DNA of 64,000 nucleotides from assembly GCA_964371255.1 (NCBI GenBank), contig CAYJKV010000002.1, forward strand, positions 130,553 to 194,552. The letters are read 5' to 3'. Origin of the DNA: an uncultured Candidatus Saccharibacteria bacterium. Lineage in GTDB: Bacteria > Patescibacteriota > Andersenbacteria > UBA10190. Below are positions 18,254 to 27,740 of the stretch, one piece after another. Made by a program: the position numbers and the translations under genes. How positions within the stretch are numbered: the stretch's first letter is position 1; every line of letters begins with the position of its first letter. The notes beneath the pieces are model-generated. The model was not told the DNA's origin. It ran no database searches and was given only the letters and a program-made list of their open reading frames with translations.

Positions 18254-19542
18254 AACTATTTCCCGCCCAATCCGTCTCCTCCTCTTTATACGCGACGGCC
18301 AATAGTATCTACGTTCAGCGACATCTATTCTCTGGTTACAAAGCCGGTACCAATAAGGCAGACGAATATAGTTGGTTTTATATCGTGGCGCTCTCCGGCC
18401 AGAAAGATGAACGCGTAAAATTATTGGCTAATATATCTGAATCGGACATACCTTCACTGACTAGAGATAATAGTTTATTGTTTTACTCCGCCGACCAGAT
18501 TAATTGGCATCGTATAAACGAACCGGTTTTAACCGATAGCGCCGGTTTGAAACAATACTGTTCCTTCACCTTGCCCATCTCCGGCCGCTGCTATATATCC
18601 AATACGATCTTTTTTGACTACCAATATCTTCGTGCTTACTTTGCAGCTTTTGCCGCTCGTCACACTGATCTTTGCCGGTTAACTAAAATCGGCTCTTCCT
18701 TAGCTGGCCTCCCGCTTGACGTCCTCACCCTCTCAGCTAGCGCGCAACCCCGCGGCCGTATTTTGGTTACGACCGGCTGCCATCCGGCCGAGCCCGACGT
18801 AATCGCCAGCCAATCTATTCTTGATTGGCTCGTATCTCCTCCTGGACAACTACTTTTACAACAGTACGATGTCGATGTCCTGCCCTTATCTAATCCCGAT
18901 GGTTATGCGCAAAAGAGCTGCCTCACCGCCAATGGTATTAATCTCTATTGGAACTTCCTTAAGGATGATCAGACTAATTGTCCGGAAGCTTACTTCTTAT
19001 GGCAATACATAAGAAACAACCCCCCCTTGCTTTACCTTGATTTTCATTCGTATGTCCACCAGTACCATCGCCACCCCATGCCGTACCTCAAGGACCCGAC
19101 TGCTTACCACGGCGCCTATCCTAAAAACATAGTCAGACAAATGGACCGTTTTCTGATCAAGCAATCCAATGGTTATTATCGTTTTGGTAAATTGGCCATG
19201 TGGCCACGCTCTCTTTCGTATTATATTACGCGAGAATTTAATACTATTGCCTACACTAAATATCATTTCAACCTTTACGAGGGGCTCCTAGCTAGCCAGA
19301 CCAGGGCAACCAATATTTTTGCTGGTTTGTCAGAAATTTTACTTCGACAATCCCTCTCCCAAGAGCAAATATTATTTCCACCCCATGGCTCAGCCCGTGC
19401 AGATTTGACTGACCGTGCGCCTTATCTGCTCTGGTATCAAGTCCGCCAGGTTGTGCGCCAGGTTCACATGTATCTAAAGTCTTATTACCGCTACTATCGT
19501 CATCGCAACAAGACTAATCTTTACCGAACCAGCCGTTCCTAG
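18250..19542 (+). CDS. M14 zinc-carboxypeptidase-like protein (possibly degenerate)
   Basis: CHPAEPD (H-x-x-E) followed by LSNPDGY and NGINLYWNF, which resembles the HxxE...NPDG...NRNW arrangement of the M14 family. Confidence 0.4.
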   Translation: MKLFPAQSVSSSLYATANSIYVQRHLFSGYKAGTNKADEYSWFYIVALSGQKDERVKLLANISESDIPSLTRDNSLLFYSADQINWHRINEPVLTDSAGLKQYCSFTLPISGRCYISNTIFFDYQYLRAYFAAFAARHTDLCRLTKIGSSLAGLPLDVLTLSASAQPRGRILVTTGCHPAEPDVIASQSILDWLVSPPGQLLLQQYDVDVLPLSNPDGYAQKSCLTANGINLYWNFLKDDQTNCPEAYFLWQYIRNNPPLLYLDFHSYVHQYHRHPMPYLKDPTAYHGAYPKNIVRQMDRFLIKQSNGYYRFGKLAMWPRSLSYYITREFNTIAYTKYHFNLYEGLLASQTRATNIFAGLSEILLRQSLSQEQILFPPHGSARADLTDRAPYLLWYQVRQVVRQVHMYLKSYYRYYRHRNKTNLYRTSRS

Positions 19543-19588
19543 TATTTTATCGCTTGCGCCCGTTTGTTCCGTAGCTCATTATTTTCAT

Positions 19589-20491
19589 ATGAACGTTTTC
19601 ATCACGGGCGGCACCGGCTTATTGGCTAATTACCTGCAAGGGCTGGCACCTGCGCATGCTCAAATTACCACTTGTTTCCTGCCCAGCGAGGAGCCGCTGA
19701 CTGCTCCATTACCTTTTCCCGGGTTGGCTTTTGACCTAACCGATTTCAACACCTTATCGTCCGTTTTTTCCCGCCTTGCGCCGGATCTTGTTATTCATAC
19801 GGCTGCTCAAGGCAGTGTTGATTGGTGTGAGGAAAATCAGTCCTCGGCCAAGTCTATTAACATTTCCGCGTCTCTCAAGCTGCTCGATCTTTGTCATTAT
19901 TATCATGCTCATTTTATCTTCATCTCATCCAATGCTGTTTATGGCGGGGTCAAGGCTTACTCCAGCGAAACAGACGAGCCACGACCGGTCAATTATTACG
20001 GCGCCTCCAAACTAGCCGTCGAGCAGACCCTGCGCTCACATCTCGTTACTTCCACTATTCTTCGTCCCAACCTTATGTATGGCTGGCCAAGACCAGGTGG
20101 TCGGGATAATCAGGTCACGCGTGTAATTAACTCTCTGCGCCAGAATTCCGCCATTAAAATTGTTTCTGATACTTGGTTTTCTCCCCTATCCGCACATTTT
20201 ATGGCTCGTGTCATCTGGCACTGCGCCCTGCAACGGATAACTGGTCTCTACAATATCGGCGGTGCAGAGCGCATGACTTTGTTAAAGTTGTCGCAATTAA
20301 CGGCGCGGGTTTTCCATCTCAACGAGTCCCTGATCATCCCCACCTCCATTCATGACATCCCGGCCGCTCCGCGTCCCATTGATACATCGTTTGCGACCGA
20401 TAAAATGTCAGCGCAGTTCGGCTTTCCTCCTGAGTCTGTTCTTACCGGATTACATCAGATGCAAAGATCGCCGGTGCCATTAACGGTATGA
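19589..20491 (+). CDS. NAD(P)-dependent sugar reductase, RmlD-like (dTDP-4-dehydrorhamnose reductase family)
   Basis: MNVFITGGTGLL; VIHTAAQGSVDWCEEN; YGASKLAVEQ (YxxxK). 300 aa. Confidence 0.55.
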   Translation: MNVFITGGTGLLANYLQGLAPAHAQITTCFLPSEEPLTAPLPFPGLAFDLTDFNTLSSVFSRLAPDLVIHTAAQGSVDWCEENQSSAKSINISASLKLLDLCHYYHAHFIFISSNAVYGGVKAYSSETDEPRPVNYYGASKLAVEQTLRSHLVTSTILRPNLMYGWPRPGGRDNQVTRVINSLRQNSAIKIVSDTWFSPLSAHFMARVIWHCALQRITGLYNIGGAERMTLLKLSQLTARVFHLNESLIIPTSIHDIPAAPRPIDTSFATDKMSAQFGFPPESVLTGLHQMQRSPVPLTV

Positions 20492-21627
20492 CCCGCGTCC
20501 ATATCCTCGACCTTCCCCCTTCTCATTATGCCTTGCCTGTCCCGTCAGATTGGTACCCTCTTTATATTAATAGACAATATTTTAAAGACGCCGGCATCAC
20601 TTTCCGTTTTTTCACGAAGCCTGAACCAGCCCTCAATGACTGTGATTATATCTTTTTATCATCTCGCTTTTTTGTGCTGCAAACAAAATCTGACGATCAG
20701 CGTCAAGCACAGTTTTCGTTTATAAATTCCCTACGCCATTCTACTACTCGAGTTTATTGGTTCGATTTCCGTGATAGTACCGGCAATACACAATTTGAAG
20801 TCTTACCATATGTTGATCTTTATTTGAAAAAGCAACTGCTGCGGGATTTTTCCCTCTACACCAGCCAGCTCTATGGTAACCGGGTCTACACGGACTATTT
20901 ACATCGCGTCCGCGGTGTTAATGATGACTATACGGAACCTTTTACGCCCCTTCTCCCTCAATTCCATACCAAACTAAAAATTTCCTGGAATCCTGGACTG
21001 CTCGATTTTCGTGGCGGCCTGCGCCGCCGGTTGATTATGCAGCTGCTGACTGATCGGCTCGAAGCCGCTACGCATCTTTCCCATCATATCACTTGGCAAG
21101 ACCCCACTTCTTATCGACCATATAATATGCTCGCACGTTTCAACACCGCTTATCAGCGTCAGACTGTGTCCTGGCAACGTCGTCAGGCTCTTTACATACT
21201 CGCACCACTGCTTGATTCAAAAATTGTTTCTCGCTCTAACCTGACTTTGGCTGAGGAGTTAACCTCCCGCCGCCGAGCCAAAATAGTGCTTAGCCTATTT
21301 GGCTGGGGTGAAATCTGTTCTCGTGATTTTCAAGCCTGGATTGCCGGTGCCGCCTTGCTCGCTCCTGACACCTCACACCTCTTAACCTATCCGGTGACTC
21401 ACATCCCCCACCAAACATACTGGCCAATCAAATGGGATTTATCCGACTTGCTTGATGCTTATCGTCGCTTGCTGGATGATCCCGACTTGCGTTTGCGTTT
21501 AGCCGCCAATGGCCAGGCACGCTACCGATCAGTCTGGTCTGTTGCCGGCCGTCAACGCTTCGTGCACCATATTACAAGTCTTCTGCATGCCAGTCCGACC
21601 GACCGCCCCTCATCAACGCTTTTCTGA
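20488..21627 (+). CDS. Hypothetical protein; possibly a divergent GT-B glycosyltransferase
   Basis: No strong motif. The C-terminal region (LFGWGEICSRDFQAWIAGAALLAPD) is reminiscent of a GT-B nucleotide-binding half. Confidence 0.3.
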   Translation: MTRVHILDLPPSHYALPVPSDWYPLYINRQYFKDAGITFRFFTKPEPALNDCDYIFLSSRFFVLQTKSDDQRQAQFSFINSLRHSTTRVYWFDFRDSTGNTQFEVLPYVDLYLKKQLLRDFSLYTSQLYGNRVYTDYLHRVRGVNDDYTEPFTPLLPQFHTKLKISWNPGLLDFRGGLRRRLIMQLLTDRLEAATHLSHHITWQDPTSYRPYNMLARFNTAYQRQTVSWQRRQALYILAPLLDSKIVSRSNLTLAEELTSRRRAKIVLSLFGWGEICSRDFQAWIAGAALLAPDTSHLLTYPVTHIPHQTYWPIKWDLSDLLDAYRRLLDDPDLRLRLAANGQARYRSVWSVAGRQRFVHHITSLLHASPTDRPSSTLF

Positions 21628-21707
21628 TCACACCTTACTCGCTAGTTAAACATTAATTAGGCAAACTCACTGTCCATGCTTTAAGATTATGGCATTGACT
21701 CTATTTT

Positions 21708-22484
21708 ATGGCCTCATTGATTTCTCGGGTGGGACAATTATTACCAGAAGGTAATTGGAAAAACAATCTTCGCTTGTTTGGTTTTAAGTACCTCTTCTCC
21801 ACCCTTGGTACAAAAAAAGTCAGCCTTGGTACTTATCACGACCAGGTCCCGGCGCGGATCGGTCGTCTTATCTTCACCCACGAAAGTCTCGGTACTCGCG
21901 AGAACGAAGGTTACTTACAACATTATCAACTGCACCCCGGCCACATTGTCATTAATGCCGGGTCTTATCACGGCTACTTTGCGATTTACGCCGCCAACAA
22001 AGTAGGTCCCTCAGGCCATATTGTCTGTTTTGAACCAGAACCTAATAATCGTCGCCTATTATTGCGTAATCTTGCCTTAAATAACTTATCCAATGTGACC
22101 GTTGTCCCCTGCGGCCTGTGGCATACCAACATGCGTTTACCGCTTATTTCCATGGGCTCGGGTAGCCACTTGCATTCGAACACTGCCTGGAATAAGCAGA
22201 CTATTCCAGTTTGCACCCTAGACGCAGCCCTGGCCAAACTGCGGCTGCCAGCTGTCAACTTGCTGACCATGGACATCGAGGGAGCAGAGATTGAAGCGTT
22301 GCAGGGCGCTCGCCAAACTATTACCGCCAATCCTGGCATTAATATCGCTATTGCTTCTTATCATCGTGTTGACGGTATACCAACTTCAGCGCGCGTTGAG
22401 TCGTTGCTCCGCCAGTACGGTCTAACTGCCCAAACTGCTTATCCCCCGCATCCGACAACTTATGGCTGGTACGATCACACCTAA
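21708..22484 (+). CDS. FkbM-family methyltransferase
   Basis: HIVINAGSYHGYFAIYAA...GHIVCFEPEPNNRRLLLRNL matches the FkbM D.GAN.G...AFEP.P pattern. Confidence 0.75.
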   Translation: MASLISRVGQLLPEGNWKNNLRLFGFKYLFSTLGTKKVSLGTYHDQVPARIGRLIFTHESLGTRENEGYLQHYQLHPGHIVINAGSYHGYFAIYAANKVGPSGHIVCFEPEPNNRRLLLRNLALNNLSNVTVVPCGLWHTNMRLPLISMGSGSHLHSNTAWNKQTIPVCTLDAALAKLRLPAVNLLTMDIEGAEIEALQGARQTITANPGINIAIASYHRVDGIPTSARVESLLRQYGLTAQTAYPPHPTTYGWYDHT

Positions 22485-23415
22485 CACTACTCAACAATTC
22501 TTTCGCGTCCTGCGTCACGAACCGCCCTGGTTCATTTTTATCCTCGTCAAAAACACCTTTCTTTGGTTTTATGCTAAATATTTTCACCGACAACGCTTCA
22601 TGCAAAGGAAAATTCATGATTATCAAATGCTTTTTGATCTGTCAGATCCCGGCATATCACGCTCCCTGATCCTGGTCGGTGATCGTGAACGTGAACATCG
22701 TTTCATTCTTCAGCAAGCTATCCAGCCCGGTCATCAAGTTTTGGACCTGGGTGCTAATATTGGTTACTACGTCCTGATGGCACACAAACTTATGCATCTG
22801 TCCGGACATGTTATAGCTATTGAGCCAGAACCAAACAACTACTCCTTACTGCAACGCAATATCGCCATCAATCAATTGTCGCATATCACCACCGTCATCA
22901 ATGCCGCGGTCAGTGACCTGGACGGTACCGCTCAGCTCTTTTTATCACGCCTTGGTAACGTTCATAGTTTAAAACAAAAGCAAACCAGCCACTACACGGG
23001 CCGCTCCATTGCCGTACCAACCATCTCCCTGTCTACTATCGCCTCGCGTTACCCGGACGTTAATCTCATTCGCATGGATATTGAAGGCTACGAACAAGAA
23101 ATATTGCGTTCGCTAATTAAAATTAATGCTCACCAGCAATGGTTACCCAAAGTCTTGTTTGAATTGCATCCCCCCAAATACGATCCATCCGCCTTTGACC
23201 AGCTGTTGCGTGACCTGTATGCCATTGGCTATTCCGCCTCTTATCTGGCCACCTCGGCTCCGGACTTACTGGCCAGTGAGGGTTTGCGGTCAATTGCCTG
23301 CCTGCCGACCGACGGCACCATTCGGTACATAACCACGCGCGTGCCTCTCGCATCATTACTTAAACTTTACCCGCGCAGCCGCGCCCTTCTGCTGGAGCAT
23401 GATCATCAGGGTTGA
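22462..23415 (+). CDS. FkbM-family methyltransferase
   Basis: VLDLGANIGYYVLMAHKLMHLSGHVIAIEPEPNNYSLLQRNI. Confidence 0.75.
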   Translation: MAGTITPNTTQQFFRVLRHEPPWFIFILVKNTFLWFYAKYFHRQRFMQRKIHDYQMLFDLSDPGISRSLILVGDREREHRFILQQAIQPGHQVLDLGANIGYYVLMAHKLMHLSGHVIAIEPEPNNYSLLQRNIAINQLSHITTVINAAVSDLDGTAQLFLSRLGNVHSLKQKQTSHYTGRSIAVPTISLSTIASRYPDVNLIRMDIEGYEQEILRSLIKINAHQQWLPKVLFELHPPKYDPSAFDQLLRDLYAIGYSASYLATSAPDLLASEGLRSIACLPTDGTIRYITTRVPLASLLKLYPRSRALLLEHDHQG

Positions 23416-24832
23416 ACCGTTCTTCGGGCGATTTTCCGCTGCTTTTCTTTACTTGCCCATTATGCCTTCATTTTCCACCAGACAAATATTCTGGCTATTA
23501 ATGATCATTTTTGGCATTTCACGCGCCTTGCTTTTTTCCCTAGAGTCAGATAAGTACTTGCAAAAATTTCCTTTTCAGGACGATGCCCCGGCTTATCTCA
23601 ACATTGCCCGTGTTTACCTTGGCACTGGATCATTCGAGCAGTATAACCTCACCCCATATACTAGGACCCCCCTTTATCCCTTGTTTCTGACCATGTTCTT
23701 AATTCACCCGACCACTGCCTTACCAGCGGTTCTTTTCAGCCAGCAGCTGATTAGCGCCTTAACCATTGCCCTGGTCTTCTGGTTTCTGATCAAACACCAC
23801 TCTCGCTCGGCCGCTATTGTGACTACGTTGCTGCTAATTTTTTTCTTTGACTTTTGTCTTTATGGTTTTTTAATTCGCAACGAAATCATATTTTCAGCCT
23901 GGCTACTCCTTGGCACGCTCTGTTATTTACAGCTTTGGTCGTCTGCTCATTTATACTGGCCCCTGCTGGCGGGTCTGAGCTTTGGCTTAAGCGTCTTGAC
24001 CAGACCAATCTCTTTTTTAATATTTCTGCCTCTTTTGTTACCGCTTGTCCTGTCCGTCGCTGCCGCTCATTTTACTTTCAAACGCGCCCTTATCATATCT
24101 GCCCTGTTTCTGCTTGCTTTTTTTATACCAGTGACTCCTTGGTTAACCTACAATTATTTCCTGACACAATCGTTTGTCCTTCAGCTTGAATCCAGCATAG
24201 TGCATGCTACTTTTCCTGGCGGCCACTACCAGGCATATAATGTGGCAGATTACATTGACACCGCCGGTAAATCACCCTTGGCCATCGACCAGTCATTGTT
24301 TTCTCTAGCCTTACACCGTATTAAAGCACAGCCAAAAATTTGGCTGGCCAACTCCTGGCAAAATTTTACCTGGCGGCTTTGGTCTCTCGGCTTTACCGAT
24401 ACTCATTTACGTTATTTCGGTTATTTGCCTGCGGATGGCGGTTATCACCATGGCATCACTCCCCTGTGGCAGCGCTGGCTGTCTTCCATCAATCTTTTTT
24501 CCAGATCAATTACAATTAATCCCCTTTATCATTTCTATTTTATTCTCAATAATCTGCTCGGTTTTTCCTTGCTTGCTTTATCTTTATTGTCCTTAATCAT
24601 TTTTCCCTTCTTTCCATTTCGCAGTCAAATTATTTATCTGGTCATTTTTTACTTTTGGCTTCTCTTGTCTTTCTTTCAATTTAGCGGATCCCGCCTCATC
24701 CTGCCGGTCATACCGTTATTCTTTATGATCCTGCCGGATTTTCCCGCTGCTTTGCTGCGTTTTATTCATCGCCCGCCACAGCCGCCACATAATCATGCCA
24801 GACTCCATGATAAGCCCGAGATGAAAATTTGA
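23399..24832 (+). CDS. GT-C-fold membrane glycosyltransferase, PMT_2/ArnT-like (paralog of 16898..18253)
   Basis: FQDDAPAYLNIARVY...RTPLYPLFL is the same motif block as the paralog. An alternative start at 23462 is possible. Confidence 0.55.
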   Translation: MIIRVEPFFGRFSAAFLYLPIMPSFSTRQIFWLLMIIFGISRALLFSLESDKYLQKFPFQDDAPAYLNIARVYLGTGSFEQYNLTPYTRTPLYPLFLTMFLIHPTTALPAVLFSQQLISALTIALVFWFLIKHHSRSAAIVTTLLLIFFFDFCLYGFLIRNEIIFSAWLLLGTLCYLQLWSSAHLYWPLLAGLSFGLSVLTRPISFLIFLPLLLPLVLSVAAAHFTFKRALIISALFLLAFFIPVTPWLTYNYFLTQSFVLQLESSIVHATFPGGHYQAYNVADYIDTAGKSPLAIDQSLFSLALHRIKAQPKIWLANSWQNFTWRLWSLGFTDTHLRYFGYLPADGGYHHGITPLWQRWLSSINLFSRSITINPLYHFYFILNNLLGFSLLALSLLSLIIFPFFPFRSQIIYLVIFYFWLLLSFFQFSGSRLILPVIPLFFMILPDFPAALLRFIHRPPQPPHNHARLHDKPEMKI

Positions 24833-25465
24833 TTGGCCGCGTTGCCTATTTAAAAAAGTTGTTGGCACCTCAGCTATTCTTCCTGCCAATCTAACTACTT
24901 GGTATAATTCCTGGCTTAACATTATATATCCATCCGCGTCCAATTCGCTTAAATTCAATTGCTCAATTAGTTTTCGTCTAAAAACACGGTACCCGTTCGT
25001 ATAGTCGCTCACCCCCGCCTTTAACACCAGCTTGGCCGACAAATTAGCCACCCGGCTGAAGACATGTCTGTACCAAGGCCAGCCAATAATCTTGCTCGTT
25101 TTTAGATAGCGTGAACCAATTACTAAATCAGCCTCGGTGGTTTTATTTAACAATTTTGGCAATTCCTTGGGGTCATGGGATCCGTCCGCGTCGGCCACGG
25201 CGATTAAATCGGCATCAGAATTCTCAATGACCCATTCGTAGCCTTTTTTCACTGCCCCACCCCTACCCCGCTTCCCGCATTTGATCAAAGCAACAGTCGA
25301 GTCATTCTGATAGTTTTTTCTTACCAACTCATCAGTTCCATCAGCTGAGCTGTCGGCAATGACAATCTCTATACCTTCCGCCGCCTTCTTAAAGGCTTCA
25401 ATTATATCTAATATATTTTTCTTTTCGTTTAAGGTCGGAATTATAATCGCAACGCTTTTTGTCAT
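24716..25465 (-). CDS. Polyprenol-phosphate glycosyltransferase, GT2 (DPM1/GtrB-like)
   Basis: VAIIIPTLNEKKNILDII...IVIADSSADGTDELV and AVADADGSHDP (DxD). 249 aa. Confidence 0.8.
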   Translation of the reverse strand: MTKSVAIIIPTLNEKKNILDIIEAFKKAAEGIEIVIADSSADGTDELVRKNYQNDSTVALIKCGKRGRGGAVKKGYEWVIENSDADLIAVADADGSHDPKELPKLLNKTTEADLVIGSRYLKTSKIIGWPWYRHVFSRVANLSAKLVLKAGVSDYTNGYRVFRRKLIEQLNLSELDADGYIMLSQELYQVVRLAGRIAEVPTTFLNRQRGQSNFHLGLIMESGMIMWRLWRAMNKTQQSSGKIRQDHKE

Positions 25466-25621
25466 ATCGAATTTTTATTACTACATCAGCGCCTCCTCCA
25501 CCTGTTCGGATTGTTGATGCAAGTTTTCTCGTTAAATCCCTGTACGCCTGATTACCTCAATTATTGCTATCGTTAATTACCGCCGCCACACATCCGTTCG
25601 TCACTCTCGCTGTCATATTTC

Positions 25622-26578
25622 TTACACTCTTTGCTTTACCCCGGCCACCTTCTGCACGTTAGCCACATACCACTCATGTGTCTCTTCCAACCCCCGTTGC
25701 AAAGTATATTCATGCTGATAACCCAGCTCCCTTAGTCTCGATACATCCAATCGGCGCAGGGGCATCCCATCAGGCTTAGTGCTGTCGAGAACAATATCTC
25801 CTGTATATCCCACCACCGTCTTGATTATCTTCACCAAATCCAAAATATTAATGTCTTCTCCTGTTCCGACATTAATAATTTCCGGACTGTCATACTTTTC
25901 CATCAGTAATAACAAAGCCCGCGCTAAATCATCCACAAACATAAATTCGCGCCTCGGTTTGCCTGAACCCCAAACTTTTACAAACGGCTGATTCGTGTCT
26001 CTCGCCACCACCAGCTTGTGTAATAACGCCGGCAAAACATGGGCGTAATTATTGTTAAAAGTATCACCGGGACCATATAAATTGGTCGGCATAGCTGAAA
26101 TAAAGTTATCCCCGTACTGGCGATGATAAGCTTGGCAAAGCTTGATCGCGGCAATTTTTGCAATGGCATATGCTTCGTTCGTTGGCTCCAGCTTGCCTGT
26201 CATAAAATACTCTTCTTTTATCGGCTGCTGGCTTTCTTTGGGATAAATGCAGGCGCTGCCTAAGTTCAATAACTTTTCTACTTTATATTCATGAGCGGCA
26301 TGGATAATATTCGTCGCGATTTGCAAATTTTGGTACAAGAAATCAACCGGGTGCGTATCATTATCCAGTATTCCGCCTACTCTGGCCGCAGCGATAATTA
26401 CAAATCGCGGCTTCTGCTGCGCAAACCACTCGTCCACCTCTGTTCTATCCGTTAAATCAAGTTTTTCCCTTGTTTGATACAGCAGATTAGTATATCCCTT
26501 CTGTCTCAGCAATCTAACAACCGCTGATCCCACTAGTCCGGTATGTCCCGCTATATATATTTTATCATCTGCTTTCAT
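25622..26578 (-). CDS. fcl: GDP-L-fucose synthase (GDP-4-keto-6-deoxy-D-mannose 3,5-epimerase/4-reductase)
   Basis: Near full-length collinearity with the Fcl/GMER family: IYIAGHTGLVGSA, LGSACIYPK, YAIAKIAAIKLCQAY, VGTGEDI. Confidence 0.8.
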   Translation of the reverse strand: MKADDKIYIAGHTGLVGSAVVRLLRQKGYTNLLYQTREKLDLTDRTEVDEWFAQQKPRFVIIAAARVGGILDNDTHPVDFLYQNLQIATNIIHAAHEYKVEKLLNLGSACIYPKESQQPIKEEYFMTGKLEPTNEAYAIAKIAAIKLCQAYHRQYGDNFISAMPTNLYGPGDTFNNNYAHVLPALLHKLVVARDTNQPFVKVWGSGKPRREFMFVDDLARALLLLMEKYDSPEIINVGTGEDINILDLVKIIKTVVGYTGDIVLDSTKPDGMPLRRLDVSRLRELGYQHEYTLQRGLEETHEWYVANVQKVAGVKQRV

Positions 26579-26651
26579 TTTATCGTACGCTCAGTATATT
26601 AATTCACTGTGTAATAAGCAACGTTCCTGTCCGCTCAATAACCTCATCATC

Positions 26652-27644
26652 TCAATTGCTCATCATTGCCGTCTTTACAATTCTTCGCCAAATATTCGGT
26701 TTATACCATTTTTGAATTAGTGCTTCCCAGCGCTGATAAAACTCCATGTTCCTCTTCACCCGACCTAGCACCACATTATAATCAGGTTCATTAACTTTGT
26801 TATCAACCAACTCATCCTTCTGTGCTAAAACCCTTATTCTGGGAAAAGTTAGTCTGGCAATGTCCTTTTCGTCTAAATCTTTTGCATCCAGCAGCCTATC
26901 CTCATAGCCCACTATGCGAAAACCGGATCTCAACAATAGATACTGGATAGACTCCCGGCTAAACATATACGGATGTGTTATTTCCACCATCTTGTCGATC
27001 GGCCTATTCAATAATGCACTCACCGCATCGTATAAGCTTATAAACAAATATCCATCGTTATCCAATAAAGTTCTTATTTTTTCAAGATTAGCTCTCGGAT
27101 CCAAGGTGTGGTTTAGAGCCTGCGCAAAAATTACCAGCCCAAATTTCTTTTCACTCTGAAAGTTTTCTATGATGCCGGTTGTCACCTTGGCTCCCACTCT
27201 ATTTCGCGCGTAGGCTGCCACCTTTATGACTGGCTCGATTCCCTCCACTACAGTCTGACCATTGAAATCAAGCCAACCCGCCATCGTCCCACCGTACAGA
27301 CACCCGACATCAAGCATCGATTCAATATTTTGCGCATCGGCATATCTTTGGATGAAAGGCAGCGTAACCTTCATCATGTGATCTCGTTGCCTTTTGAACA
27401 TTCTATTATCCGGTCCGTCATGACCGACCGCCGCCAAACGATAATCCGCCATATTAAGCTTCTCATAGACCCGCTTAACTGGCCTTGGATTTATATATAT
27501 CAGGCCGCATGTTCGACACATCACCGACCGTAACGGCAAGTTGTATCTCTCCTTCTTTGCTAACACCTCATAATCATCACTACCACACGCACTGCAGACA
27601 ACATCTTCCAGCTCTTGCACATACTTAGTTAAGTCAACAGACAT
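26652..27644 (-). CDS. Class-I SAM-dependent methyltransferase with an N-terminal zinc ribbon
   Basis: CSACGSDDY...CRTCG (C4 ribbon). MLDVGCLYGG...FGLVIFAQALNH methyltransferase core. Confidence 0.6.
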   Translation of the reverse strand: MSVDLTKYVQELEDVVCSACGSDDYEVLAKKERYNLPLRSVMCRTCGLIYINPRPVKRVYEKLNMADYRLAAVGHDGPDNRMFKRQRDHMMKVTLPFIQRYADAQNIESMLDVGCLYGGTMAGWLDFNGQTVVEGIEPVIKVAAYARNRVGAKVTTGIIENFQSEKKFGLVIFAQALNHTLDPRANLEKIRTLLDNDGYLFISLYDAVSALLNRPIDKMVEITHPYMFSRESIQYLLLRSGFRIVGYEDRLLDAKDLDEKDIARLTFPRIRVLAQKDELVDNKVNEPDYNVVLGRVKRNMEFYQRWEALIQKWYKPNIWRRIVKTAMMSN

Positions 27645-27740
27645 ATCAATAGTTTATTGAACTTGTATAAAACCAGCAATCACCTTTATGGTATTGTCTG
27701 CTTGCCTATCCACTCTAAACCACTAAAATTAGCATATCTC

